From positions 1 through 39,068 of the forward strand of contig NW_021835729.1 of assembly GCF_006345805.1 (NCBI RefSeq): a DNA stretch of 39,068 nt, in the 5' to 3' direction. This stretch comes from Octopus sinensis (lineage: Eukaryota). This document shows, piece by piece, positions 24,873-37,014 of this stretch. The notes beneath the pieces were generated by a model that saw nothing but the letters and a program-made list of their open reading frames with translations, did no database searches and had not been told where the DNA came from. A program made the translations under genes and the position numbers. Position 1 is the stretch's first letter; every line of letters begins with the position of its first letter.

Positions 24873-26495
24873 TAACTAAAAAAATGTATGATAGATTGCA
24901 GTCAATTCATTCTCTCTTACCTGTTTGTGCCTTCCAAATGCTGTTTTTACTGAGATCTCCCTTTTTAGTAGAAGAAATAGCTATAACCCTTTGACTGCTA
25001 TTTCTAAATTCGGTATGTGGTAAGGCAACTCGTTGCTAAACCCTTATTGCTTAGTATTACTTAAATTTTCCTCGAATGAGGCTTTTACATGCCGAAGACT
25101 ACTTGGTGTAATTGATAATTTTTCCAAATTAATTAATTTCACCCTTCATTATTATGTATATATATGTATATGTTTGTGTGTCTGTGTTTGTTCTCCCAAA
25201 ATCGCTTGACAACCGGTGCTGGTGTGTTTACGTCCCCGTCACTTAGCGGTTCGGCAATAAGAGACCGATAGAATAAGTACTAAAAGGTGGTGCTCCAGCA
25301 TGGCCGCAGTCAAATGACTGAAACAAGTAAAATAGTAAAAGAGAGAGAATATAATATAAATTGGACATGGGCAATCGTTGTATTCTTTCTTGTTTTGAGG
25401 TTCACACCCAAACGGCTGGGTGGATTCGCGTGAAAAATGGCACACTTATGCAAACGGGTGCATACATCGGAATGGGGTTTGTATTTTGGCAATCTTTCGT
25501 CTCTAGTAGACCTTTCCGTCGATTTCCTAAAAAATTTTTTTTTCACATATGGGCTTGCGGGAACTTTTGAAGTAATGAGAGCGAAAGAGACTAAGAGAAA
25601 GCGATTGTATGACGAGGGAAGTTCTTTTGAAGTTACCGTGCATGGGAGCATTGATGTACATGTGTGTGTGTGTTTGATGGGGTGTGGGAGACAGACAGTA
25701 TGTTGTGTAAGTGAAGTGCTTCTGTTAGTGTGTGTGAAGAGACAGAGTAATGTGTGAAAGAAAGAGATAACTGAAATTTTTTACTCGGTGTATGTGTATA
25801 TGTATGTATATCACTTCAAAAGTTCCCGCAAGCCCATATGTAAAAAAAAAAAAATTTTTTACGGAAATCGACGGAAAGGTCTAGTAGAGACGAAAGATCG
25901 CCTGTATTTTTTTCCTAGTCCCACCCCCGATATTTACCTAGAAAATTGATTAAAACTTTTTCTATTGGAATTCCCCCGTTTGTTCTGCCATTAAAACAAC
26001 CAGTTGCTCACAAAAGCCGGCATATACCATTTCGCTAGAAACAAGGGGAGTGCAGGATGACAGTCAGCCACAACTTCCACTATGCTGTCTCTCTCTTTCA
26101 CCTCTCGCACGCTCTCGCACGCACCCACAAACACACACACATCCATTTCATATATCTTCTTCCAATTTCTGCTCTCTGCAAATAAAATTTTGGGATTAAT
26201 GTATAATTTCTTTCTATGTTCATAATTAAATCACTGTTTTTAATGATTAGACAGAGGTCCAATAGAATAGCTCTCAGAAACAGACTACATACAAATTCGT
26301 TCTTCACAACTCCTGAAGCTGTTTTTTCTGGCAAGGGGGCAGGGAGTCCGGAATTTTCATACGGCTGGAGGCTCCAATCGATACAGGGGACCCGAAATTA
26401 TGAAGTTGAGAAAAGGTGGTATAGATTATGCCTAACCAAAAACGATCACAGCGACATCATCCAAAAAGGCCGGGTGAAACAGGGTTTTGCTGTTA

Positions 26496-26535
<40 letters not shown>

Positions 26536-28039
26536 TGACTGTGTGGTAAGTAGCTTGCTTACCAACCACATGGTTCCGGGTTCAGTCCCACTGCGTGGCA
26601 CCTTGGGCAAGTGTCTTCTACTATAGCCTCAGGCCGACCAAAGCCTTGTGAGTGGATTTGGTAGATGAAAACTGAAAAAAGCCCGTTGTATATATACATA
26701 TATGTATATGTTTGTGTGTCTGTGTTTGTCCTCCTCCAAAATCGCTTGACAACCGGTGCTGGTGTGTTTACGTCCCCGTCACTTAGCGGTTCGGCAATAA
26801 GAGACCGATAGAATAAGTACTAAAAGGTGGTGCTCCAGCATGGCCGCAGTCAAATGACTGAAACAAGTAAAATAGTAAAAGAGAGAGAATATAATATAAA
26901 TTGGACATGGGCAATCGTTGTATTCTTTCTTGTTTTGAGGTTCACACCCAAACGGCTGGGTGGATTCGCGTGAAAAATGGCACACTTATGCAAACGGGTG
27001 CATACATCGGAATGGGGTTTGTATTTTGGCAATCTTTCGTCTCTAGTAGACCTTTCCGTCGATTTCCTTAAAAAATTTTTTTTTTGACATATGGGCTTGC
27101 GGGAACTTTTGAAGTAATGAGAGCGAAAGAGACTAAGAGAAAGCGATTGTATGACGAGGGAAGTTCTTTTGAAGTTACCGTGCATGGGAGCATTGATGTA
27201 CATGTGTGTGTGTGTTTGATGGGGTGTGGGAGACAGACAGTATGTTGTGTAAGTGAAGTGCTTCTGTTAGTGTGTGTGAAGAGACAGAGTAATGTGTGAA
27301 AGAAAGAGATAACTGAAATTTTTTACTCGGTGTATGTGTATATGTATGTATATCACTTCAAAAGTTCCCGCAAGCCCATATGTAAAAAAAAAAAAATTTT
27401 TTACGGAAATCGACGGAAAGGTCTAGTAGAGACGAAAGATCGCCTGTATTTTTTTCCTAGTCCCACCCCCGATATTTACCTAGAAAATTGATTAAAACTT
27501 TTTCTATTGGAATTCCCCCCGTTTGTTCTGCCATTAAAACAACCAGTTGCTCACAAAAGCCGGCATATACCATTTCGCTAGAAACAAGGGGAGTGCAGGA
27601 TGACAGTCAGCCACAACTTCCACTATGCTGTCTCTCTTCTTTCACCTCTCGCACGCACCCACAAACACACACACACACATCCATTTCATATATCTTCTTC
27701 CAATTTCTGCTCTCTGCAAATAAAATTTTGGGATTAATGTATAATTTCTTTCTATGTTCATAATTAAATCACTGTTTTTAATGATTAGACAGAGGTCCAA
27801 TAGAATAGCTCTCAGAAACAGACACATACAATTCGTTCTTCACAACTCCTGAAGCTGTTTTTTCTGGCAAGGGGGCAGGGAGTCCGGAAATTTTCATACG
27901 GCTGGAGGCTCCAATCGATACAGGGGACCCGAAATTATGAAGTTGAGAAAAGGTGGTATAGATTATGCCTAATCGAAAACGATCACAGCGACATCATCCA
28001 AAAAGGCCGGGTGAAACAGGGTTTTGCTGTTATTATATG

Positions 28040-28070
<31 letters not shown>

Positions 28071-29571
28071 GGAGTGACTGTGTGGTAAGTAGCTTGCTTA
28101 CCAACCACATGGTTCCGGGTTCAGTCCCACTGCGTGGCACCTTGGGCAAGTGTCTTCTACTATAGCCTCAGGCCGACCAAAGCCTTGTGAGTGGATTTGG
28201 TAGATGAAAACTGAAAAAAGCCCGTTGTATATATGTATATATATATGTATATGTTTGTGTGTCTGTGTTTGTCCTCCCAAAATCGCTTGACAACCGGTGC
28301 TGGTGTGTTTACGTCCCCGTCACTTAGCGGTTCGGCAATAAGAGACCGATAGAATAAGTACTAAAAGGTGTGCTCCAGCATGGCCGCAGTCAAATGACTG
28401 AAACAAGTAAAATAGTAAAAGAGAGAGAATATAATATAAATTGGACATGGGCAATCGTTGTATTCTTTCTTGTTTTGAGGTTCACACCCAAACGGCTGGG
28501 TGGATTCGCGTGAAAAATGGCACACTTATGCAAACGGGTGCATACATCGGAATGGGGTTTGTATTTTGGCAATCTTTCGTCTCTAGTAGACCTTTCCGTC
28601 GATTTCCTAAAAAATTTTTTTTTTCACATATGGGCTTGCGGGAACTTTTGAAGTAATGAGAGCGAAAGAGACTAAGAGAAAGCGATTGTATGACGAGGGA
28701 AGTTCTTTTGAAGTTACCGTGCATGGGAGCATTGATGTACATGTGTGTGTGTGTTTGATGGGGTGTGGGAGACAGACAGTATGTTGTGTAAGTGAAGTGC
28801 TTCTGTTAGTGTGTGTGAAGAGACAGAGTAATGTGTGAAAGAAAGAGATAACTGAAATTTTTTACTCGGTGTATGTGTATATGTATGTATATCACTTCAA
28901 AAGTTCCCGCAAGCCCATATGTAAAAAAAAAAAATTTTTTACGGAAATCGACGGAAAGGTCTAGTAGAGACGAAAGATCGCCTGTATTTTTTTCCTAGTC
29001 CCACCCCCGATATTTACCTAGAAAATTGATTAAAACTTTTTCTATTGGAATTCCCCCGTTTGTTCTGCCATTAAAACAACCAGTTGCTCACAAAAGCCGG
29101 CATATATACATTTCGCTAGAAACAAGGGGAGTGCAGGATGACAGTCAGCCACAACTTCCACTATGCTGTCTCTCTTCTTTCACCTCTCGCACGCACCCAC
29201 AAACACACACACACACATCCATTTCATATATCTTCTTCCAATTTCTGCTCTCTGCAAATAAAATTTTGGATTAATGTATAATTTCTTTCTATGTTCATAA
29301 TTAAATCACTGTTTTTAATGATTAGACAGAGGTCCAATAGAATAGCTCTCAGAAACAGACTACATACAAATTCGTTCTTCACAACTCCTGAAGCTGTTTT
29401 TTCTGGCAAGGGGGCAGGGAGTCCGGAAATTTTCATACGGCTGGAGGCTCCAATCGATACAGGGGACCCGAAATTATGAAGTTGAGAAAAGGTGGTATAG
29501 ATTATGCCTAATCGAAAACGATCACAGCGACATCATCCAAAAAGGCCGGGTGAAACAGGGTTTTGCTGTTA

Positions 29572-29614
<43 letters not shown>

Positions 29615-31118
29615 AGTGACTGTGTGGTAAGTAGCTTGCTACCAACCACATGGTTCCGGGTTCAGTCCCACTGCGTGGCACCTTGGGCAAGTGTCTTCTA
29701 CTATAGCCTCAGGCCGACCAAAGCCTTGTGAGTGGATTTGGTAGATGAAAACTGAAAAAAGCCGTTGTATATATGTATATATATATATGTATATGTTTGT
29801 GTGTCTGTGTTTGTCCTCCCAAAATCGCTTGACAACCGGTGCTGGTGTGTTTACGTCCCCGTCACTTAGCGGTTCGGCAATAAGAGACCGATAGAATAAG
29901 TACTAAAAGGTGGTGCTCCAGCATGGCCGCAGTCAAATGACTGAAACAAGTAAAATAGTAAAAGAGGAGAATATAATATAAATTGGACATGGGCAATCGT
30001 TGTATTCTTTCTTGTTTTGAGGTTCACACCCAAACGGCTGGGTGGATTCGCGTGAAAAATGGCACACTTATGCAAACGGGTGCATACATCGGAATGGGGT
30101 TTGTATTTTGGCAATCTTTCGTCTCTAGTAGACCTTTCCGTCGATTTCCTAAAAAATTTTTTTTTTCACATATGGGCTTGCGGGAACTTTTGAAGTAATG
30201 AGAGCGAAAGAGACTAAGAGAAAGCGATTGTATGACGAGGGAAGTTCTTTTGAAGTTACCGTGCATGGGAGCATTGATGTACATGTGTGTGGTGTTTGAT
30301 GGGGTGTGGGAGACAGACAGTATGTTGTGTAAGTGAAGTGCTTCTGTTAGTGTGTGTGAAGAGACAGAGTAATGTGTGAAAGAAAGAGATAACTGAAATT
30401 TTTTACTCGGTGTATGTGTATATGTATGTATATCACTTCAAAAGTTCCCGCAAGCCCATATGTAAAAAAAAAAAAAAATTTTTTACGGAAATCGACGGAA
30501 AGGTCTAGTAGAGACGAAAGATCGCCTGTATTTTTTTCCTAGTCCCACCCCCGATATTTACCTAGAAAATTGATTAAAACTTTTTCTATTGGAATTCCCC
30601 CGTTTGTTCTGCCATTAAAACAACCAGTTGCTCACAAAAGCCGGCATATACCATTTCGCTAGAAACAAGGGGAGTGCAGGATGACAGTCAGCCACAACTT
30701 CCACTATGCTGTCTCTCTTCTTTCACCTCTCGCACGCACCCACAAACACACACACACACATCCATTTCATATATCTTCTTCCAATTCTGCTCTCTGCAAA
30801 TAAAATTTTGGGATTAATGTATAATTTCTTTCTATGTTCATAATTAAATCACTGTTTTTAATGATTAGACAGAGGTCCAATAGAATAGCTCTCAGAAACA
30901 CTACATACAAATTCGTTCTTCAAACTCCTGAAGCTGTTTTTTCTGGCAAGGGGGCAGGGAGTCCGGAAATTTTCATACGGCTGGAGGCTCCAATCGATAC
31001 AGGGGACCCGAAATTATGAAGTTGAGAAAAGGTGGTATAGATTATGCCTAACCGAAAACGATCACAGCGACATCATCCAAAAAGGCCGGGTGAAACAGGG
31101 TTTTGCTGTTATTATATG

Positions 31119-31155
<37 letters not shown>

Positions 31156-32658
31156 AGTGACTGTGTGGTAAGTAGCTTGCTTACCAACCACATGGTTCCG
31201 GGTTCAGTCCCACTGCGTGGCACCTTGGGCAAGTGTCTTCTACTATAGCCTCAGGCCGACCAAAGCCTTGTGAGTGGATTTGGTAGATGAAAACTGAAAA
31301 AAGCCCGTTGTATATATGTATATATATATATGTATATGTTGTGTGTCTGTGTTTGTCCTCCCAAAATCGCTTGACAACCGGTGCTGGTGTGTTTACGTCC
31401 CCGTCACTTAGCGGTTCGGCAATAAGAGACCGATAGAATAAGTACTAAAAGGTGGTGCTCCAGCATGGCCGCAGTCAAATGACTGAAACAAGTAAAAGAG
31501 TAAAAGAGAGAAAATAAATAAAATTGGACATGGGCAATCGTTGTATTCTTTCTTGTTTTGAGGTTCACACCCAAACGGCTGGGTGGATTCGCGTGAAAAA
31601 TGACACACTTATGCAAACGGGTGCATACATCGGAATGGGGTTTGTATTTTGGCAATCTTTCGTCTCTAGTAGACCTTTCCGTCGATTTCCTTAAAAAATT
31701 TTTTTTTTCACATATGGGCTTGCGGGAACTTTTGAAGTAATGAGAGCGAAAGAGACTAAGAGAAAGCGATTGTATGACGAGGGAAGTTCTTTTGAAGTTA
31801 CCGTGCATGGGAGCATTGATGTACATGTGTGTGTGTGTTTGATGGGGTGGGTGGAGGACAGACAGTATGTTGTGTAAGTGAAGTGCTTCTGTTAGTGTGT
31901 GTGAAGAGACAGAGTAATGTGTGAAAGAAAGAGATAACTGAAATTTTTTACTCGGTGTATGGTATATGTATGTATATCACTTCAAAAGTTCCCGCAAGCC
32001 CATATGTAAAAAAAAAAAAAATTTTTTACGGAAATCGACGGAAAGGTCTAGTAGAGACGAAAGATCGCCTGTATTTTTTTCCTAGTCCCACCCCCGATAT
32101 TTACCTAGAAAATTGATTAAAACTTTTTCTATTGGAATTCCCCCGTTTGTTCTGCCATTAAAACAACCAGTTGCTCACAAAAGCCGGCATATACCATTTC
32201 GCTAGAAACAAGGGGAGTGCAGGATGACAGTCAGCCACAACTTCCACTATGCTGTCTCTCTTCTTTCACCTCTCGCACGCACCACAAAAAACACACACAC
32301 ACATCCATTTCATATATCTTCTTCCAATTTCTGCTCTCTGCAAATAAAATTTTGGATTAATGTATAATTTCTTCTATGTTCATAATTAAATCACTGTTTT
32401 TAATGATTAGACAGAGGTCCAATAGAATAGCTCTCAGAAACAGACTACATACAAATTCGTTCTTCACAACTCCTGAAGCTGTTTTTTCTGGCAAGGGGGC
32501 AGGGAGTCCGGAAATTTTCATACGGCTGGAGGCTCCAATCGATACAGGGGACCCGAAATTATGAAGTTGAGAAAAGGTGGTATAGATTATGCCTAACCGA
32601 AAACGATCACACAGCGACATCATCCAAAAAGGCCGGGTGAAACAGGGTTTTGCTGTTA

Positions 32659-32699
<41 letters not shown>

Positions 32700-32701
<2 letters not shown>

Positions 32702-33090
32702 AGTGACTGTGTGGTAAGTAGCTTGCTTACCAACCACATGGTTCCGAGTTCAGTCCCACTGCGTGGCACCTTGGGCAAGTGTCTTCTACTAGCCTCAGGC
32801 CGACCAAAGCCTTGTGAGTGGACTTGGTAGATGAAAACTGAAAAAACCCCGTTGTATATATGTATATATATATGTATATGTTTGTGTGTCTGTGTTTGTC
32901 CTCCCAAAATCGCTTGACAACCGGTGCTGGTGTGTTTACGTCCCCGTCACTTAGCGGTTCGGCAAAAGAGACCGATACAATAAGTACTAGGCTTACAAAG
33001 AATAAGTCCTGGGGTCGATTTGCTCGACTAAAAAGGTGGTGCTCCAGCATGGCCACAGTCAAATGACTGAAACAAGTAAAAGAGTAAGAG
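32700..33090 (+). mobile_element. SINE family 1, full length, terminating the array
   Basis: Retains ggcttacaaagaataagtcctggggtcgatttgctcgacta, which the array copies lack. Confidence 0.9.
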
Positions 33091-33204
33091 TATATATATG
33101 TATGTATCTCTATCTATCTATATAAAGCGCTAACAATGTAAATGAGATGTAAATAAATAAATATATATATAATCATCCAACATCTGACTACTTTATTACT
33201 CTAG

Positions 33205-33248
<44 letters not shown>

Positions 33249-33494
33249 ATGCATAGTATACACATCACACATTTGATGCATCAAATTCCATAAGGCAAAT
33301 CATTAATTCATTTAGATTTCTCTTTATTTCAAAATTTCATAATAAAATAATACTAGAATAATAAAAATTTTTTTAAATAAATACACATTATCTGTGTGTG
33401 TGTCATCATCATCGTTTAACGTCCACTTTCCATGCTGGCATGGGTTGGATGGTTTGACTGCAGACTGGCGAGCCAGATGGCTGCACCAGGCTCA

Positions 33495-33652
33495 TACATA
33501 TATATATATATATAGATATATATATATATAATATATACATACATATACATTTATGGATGTTTATATATATATATATATATCATATATATATATATATATT
33601 ATATATATATATATATAGATACATACATACATACATATACATTTATGGATGT

Positions 33653-33701
<49 letters not shown>

Positions 33702-33825
33702 GATACATACATACATACATATACATTTATGGATGTTTATATATATATATATATATATAATATATATTAATATATATATATATATATATATAGATACATA
33801 CATACATACATATACATTTATGGAT

Positions 33826-33878
<53 letters not shown>

Positions 33879-34109
33879 CATACATATATATACATTTATG
33901 CATGTTTATATATATATATATATACATACATACATACATACATATACATTTATGGATGTTTATATATATATATACATGCATACATATATATACATACATA
34001 CATATATATACATTATGGATGTTTATATATATATATACATACATACATACATATATATACATTTATGGATGTTTATATATATATATATATATATATATAG
34101 ATACATACA

Positions 34110-34144
<35 letters not shown>

Positions 34145-34178
34145 TTATGGATGTTATATATATATATATATATATTTA
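33495..34178. repeat. Minisatellite of catttatggatgttta + (TA)n/(TACA)n units
   Basis: Core recurs about nine times. Confidence 0.9.
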
Positions 34179-34387
34179 CATGCAACATGGAATACTTATT
34201 TATATATACATTGCATGGTACAGTTATAGAAACTCACAAAAGAGACTCCAAGTTTCTGCATCAACGATATTATGATTGTGGCATTTCCTCAGGTATAAGA
34301 AACTTGAAGACAAAAAAAAAAAACCACCACTGCTAGTAGGAAAGATCCCCATTATACGTTCATTATTAAGGTTATATATAAAAACCT

Positions 34388-34579
34388 TCCTTGCACATGT
34401 ATTTCTTAGAAGCTGTGTGAACGATCCTTTATTCTTTTATATATTTATTTCTCTTTTCTTAGTATTAAGGTTTTTATATTTTTTAAAATATAAAAACCTT
34501 AATACTAAGAAAAGAGAAATAAATATATAAAAAAATAAAGGATAGTTCACACAGCTTCTAAGAAATACATGTGCAAGGA
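34388..34579. repeat. Near-perfect ~190-bp palindrome
   Basis: tccttgcacatgtatttcttagaagctgtgtgaac...tatattttttaaaatata...gttcacacagcttctaagaaatacatgtgcaagga. Confidence 0.92.
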
Positions 34580-34592
34580 TTGGATATTGGGA

Positions 34593-35117
34593 TTAACCCT
34601 TTAGCATTCAAACCGGTCATATCCGGCCAAAATATTTAACCTGTTTTATATTAAAACTGACCAGATCTCGCCTCTCACCTCAGCCCTACCATCATCATCA
34701 TCATCATCATCATTTAACATCCGTTCTCCATGCTAGCATGGGTTGGACGGTTCGACCGGGGATCTGGAAAGCCAGAAGGCTGCACCAGGCTCCGGTCTTA
34801 TTTGGCAATGTTTCTACAGCTGGATGCCCTTCCTAACGCCAACCACTCCGTGAGTGTAGTGGGTGCTTTTTACATGCCACTTGCACTGGTGCCAGGCGAG
34901 GCTGGCATCGGCCACGGTCAGATTGGTGCATTTTATGTGCCACCTGCACGGAAGCCAGTCGAGTGCAGGTGGCACGTAAAATGCACCATGTCATTCTAAA
35001 ACTGAAAAATCACATCTCTGTAATCTCTAAACTACAAGATAATGCAGAATTAATTCAAACCATTTTAAATAAACAAACATCACATTTGATAGAATAATCT
35101 GAACACTAAAGGGTTAT
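34593..35117. mobile_element. Second piggyBac-like MITE with a nested RTE 3' fragment (~34690-34990)
   Basis: TTAA|CCCTTTAG...CTAAAGGG|TTAT; nested (CAT)n plus RTE 3' UTR sequence matching 15368-15630. Confidence 0.7.
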
Positions 35118-35446
35118 AACTGTAAAAAAAAAATCCTTGGTACCCCCAAAATAAAAAAGTTTTTAAATACAAACCTTTTTGAGAATTTTAATATAAAAAT
35201 TTACTTTAAGAATTAAAAAGCACACGTGAATAATATACTCTAGATTACTTGTGACCGGTTGAGTAACGGGAAAGTCTGAGTTATTCAGAACCTTTCTTCT
35301 CCTCCCAGAAATCTTTATTGAATACTGTATACTCACTGTATACATTAATTTGTCGTGTGTCTGAATAAAACCTTGAACATGAAGATACTCGCACTGAACG
35401 AGCGTTGTCATTATTTACTGCACAGTGGTATTTCATGGTAATTGGA

Positions 35447-36011
35447 TTAACCCTTTCGTTACTGTATTTATTTTAAGATGCTCTGTGTTTCTTTCAATTA
35501 CTTTAAATATAACAAAGAATTTAGTACAGTAACTTAGTTATCATTCAGTTAGTGTTAGGAACATAAATTGGGACTAAGGTTTGGTGGAAGATTTTAATTC
35601 ATAACTTTTGAAAACAAGACATCTGTACTTAGAGCCAGAGCCGGTTTCAGCCAGGTTGGTAACGAAAGGATTAAATATAACAAAGAATTTAGTACAATAA
35701 CTTAGTTATCATTCAGTTAGTGTTAGGAACATAAATTGGGACTAAGGTTTGGTGGAAGATTTTAATTCATAACTTTTGAAAACAAGACATCTGTACTTAG
35801 AGCCAGGGCCGGTTTCAGCCAGGTTGGTAACGAAAGGATTAAATATAACAAAGAATTTAGTACAATAACTTAGTTATCATTCAGTTAGTGTTAGGAACAT
35901 AAATTGGGACTAAGGTTTGGTGGAAGATTTTAGTTCAAAACTTATGAAAACAAGACATTTGTACTACAGAGCCAGAGCTGGTTTCAGCTGGATTGGTAAC
36001 GAAAGGGTTAA
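35447..36011. mobile_element. piggyBac-like MITE with its right 169 bp triplicated
   Basis: Right ends at ~35670, 35839 and 36007; each extra unit starts at the internal TTAA. Confidence 0.85.
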
Positions 36012-36257
36012 TGATGATGAAGTTTCTTTTACTGAATTCTTCATTATTTTAAAAATTAATAGAAATACAGGCATTTCAACAAAATGGTTAATAATGACAA
36101 AATTACTTAACTAAAATTCTTCTATACTGTTAGAATTAACTGAAACAAAAGTAGGGCATTTCAACTAAAATATGGTAAGAAATGGGTCAAGGGTCAAATG
36201 GTCTAAATTAAAACCTTCCAATCAAATTTCATGTTAATTTATGTCCCAGACACTAGC

Positions 36258-36473
36258 TTAACCCTTTCGTTACTGTATTTATTTTGAGATGCTCTGTATT
36301 TCTTTCAATTATTTTAAATATAACAAAGAATTTAGTGAAATAACTTAGTTATCATTAAGCTAATGTTAGGAATGTAAATTGTGACTAAGATTTTAATTCA
36401 AAACTTATGAAAACAAGATATTTGTACTCAGAGACAGAACCGGTTTCAGCCGGGTTGGTAATGAAAGGGTTAA
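36258..36473. mobile_element. piggyBac-like MITE
   Basis: TTAA|CCCTTTCGTTAC...GTAATGAAAGGG|TTAA. Confidence 0.88.
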
Positions 36474-37014
36474 TGATTCAGTCCAATTATTAAAGTGTTG
36501 ATATTTTTATTCGTGATCTCCCACACTAAACTTCATATAAAATGGCCTTCAATTTATAGGGTCCATTTAGTGAGCACAGATCTCTGTTTCTGCAGAATTG
36601 CTGTTTTCTCTAGGTGATGCAATTATATTTAAAAAAATTAGGGGTTGAATTAAAACATGCCTATTAACAAGTTTCCTGTCCACTCTTCCAGTTTCTTGTC
36701 ACAAATATCCCTTCCCTGTTTCTTGATGGCATTTGCCAATTTTAACTATTTCTTTTTAGAAATGAAATGGAAAAGAAAAGTTGTACTAGATGTATCTGTT
36801 TATGAGGCTGAAGTAAGGAAACGACCATTCTCACCAATGCTGCTAAGTAACATAACAAAACTCACAACCACAATTCAAAACAATAAATTACTAAATAACT
36901 AAAAAATTTGAGAAGCATTTCGCCATTATAGGTATTTATACTTAGGTGAAATTAAGAAATCAACTCGTAAATAACGAAACCCTCAACTCTATCACTGTAC
37001 AGACACACATACAG

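Larger units (their letters stand above)
23376..25153 (+). mobile_element. Non-autonomous Penelope-like/retrozyme-like element: inverted partial copy followed by ~2.4 tandem 600-bp units
   Basis: 23376-23700 is the reverse complement of ~24133-24455; direct repeats at 600-bp offset; inserted in the TA tract inside a SINE. Confidence 0.8.
21646..32699 (+). repeat. Macrosatellite: six head-to-tail ~1.54-kb units (SINE + Merlin-like MITE + unique DNA + TA tract); unit 2 interrupted
   Basis: SINE heads at ~21646, 23200, 26532, 28071, 29613, 31154 and 32700; spacing ~1540-1555 except 3332 across the insertion. Confidence 0.96.
32700..36473 (+). repeat. Segmental duplicate of gene A intronic DNA (~327-8637)
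   Basis: Colinear unique blocks: 700-1115/33085-33500, 3183-3362/34179-34362, 3520-3815/35295-35595, 8040-8637/35895-36473. Confidence 0.9.

Noticed and set aside
21646-32699. CRISPR-like or rDNA/snRNA tandem array
   Set aside because: Eukaryotic context, no short repeats with unique spacers, and no recognisable 5S, snRNA or histone sequence
22718-32907. Recurrent 60-140 aa ORFs in the array (e.g. MFIIKSLFLMIRQRSNR...)
   Set aside because: Frames are broken differently in each unit and cross MITE/SINE boundaries; no recognisable domain
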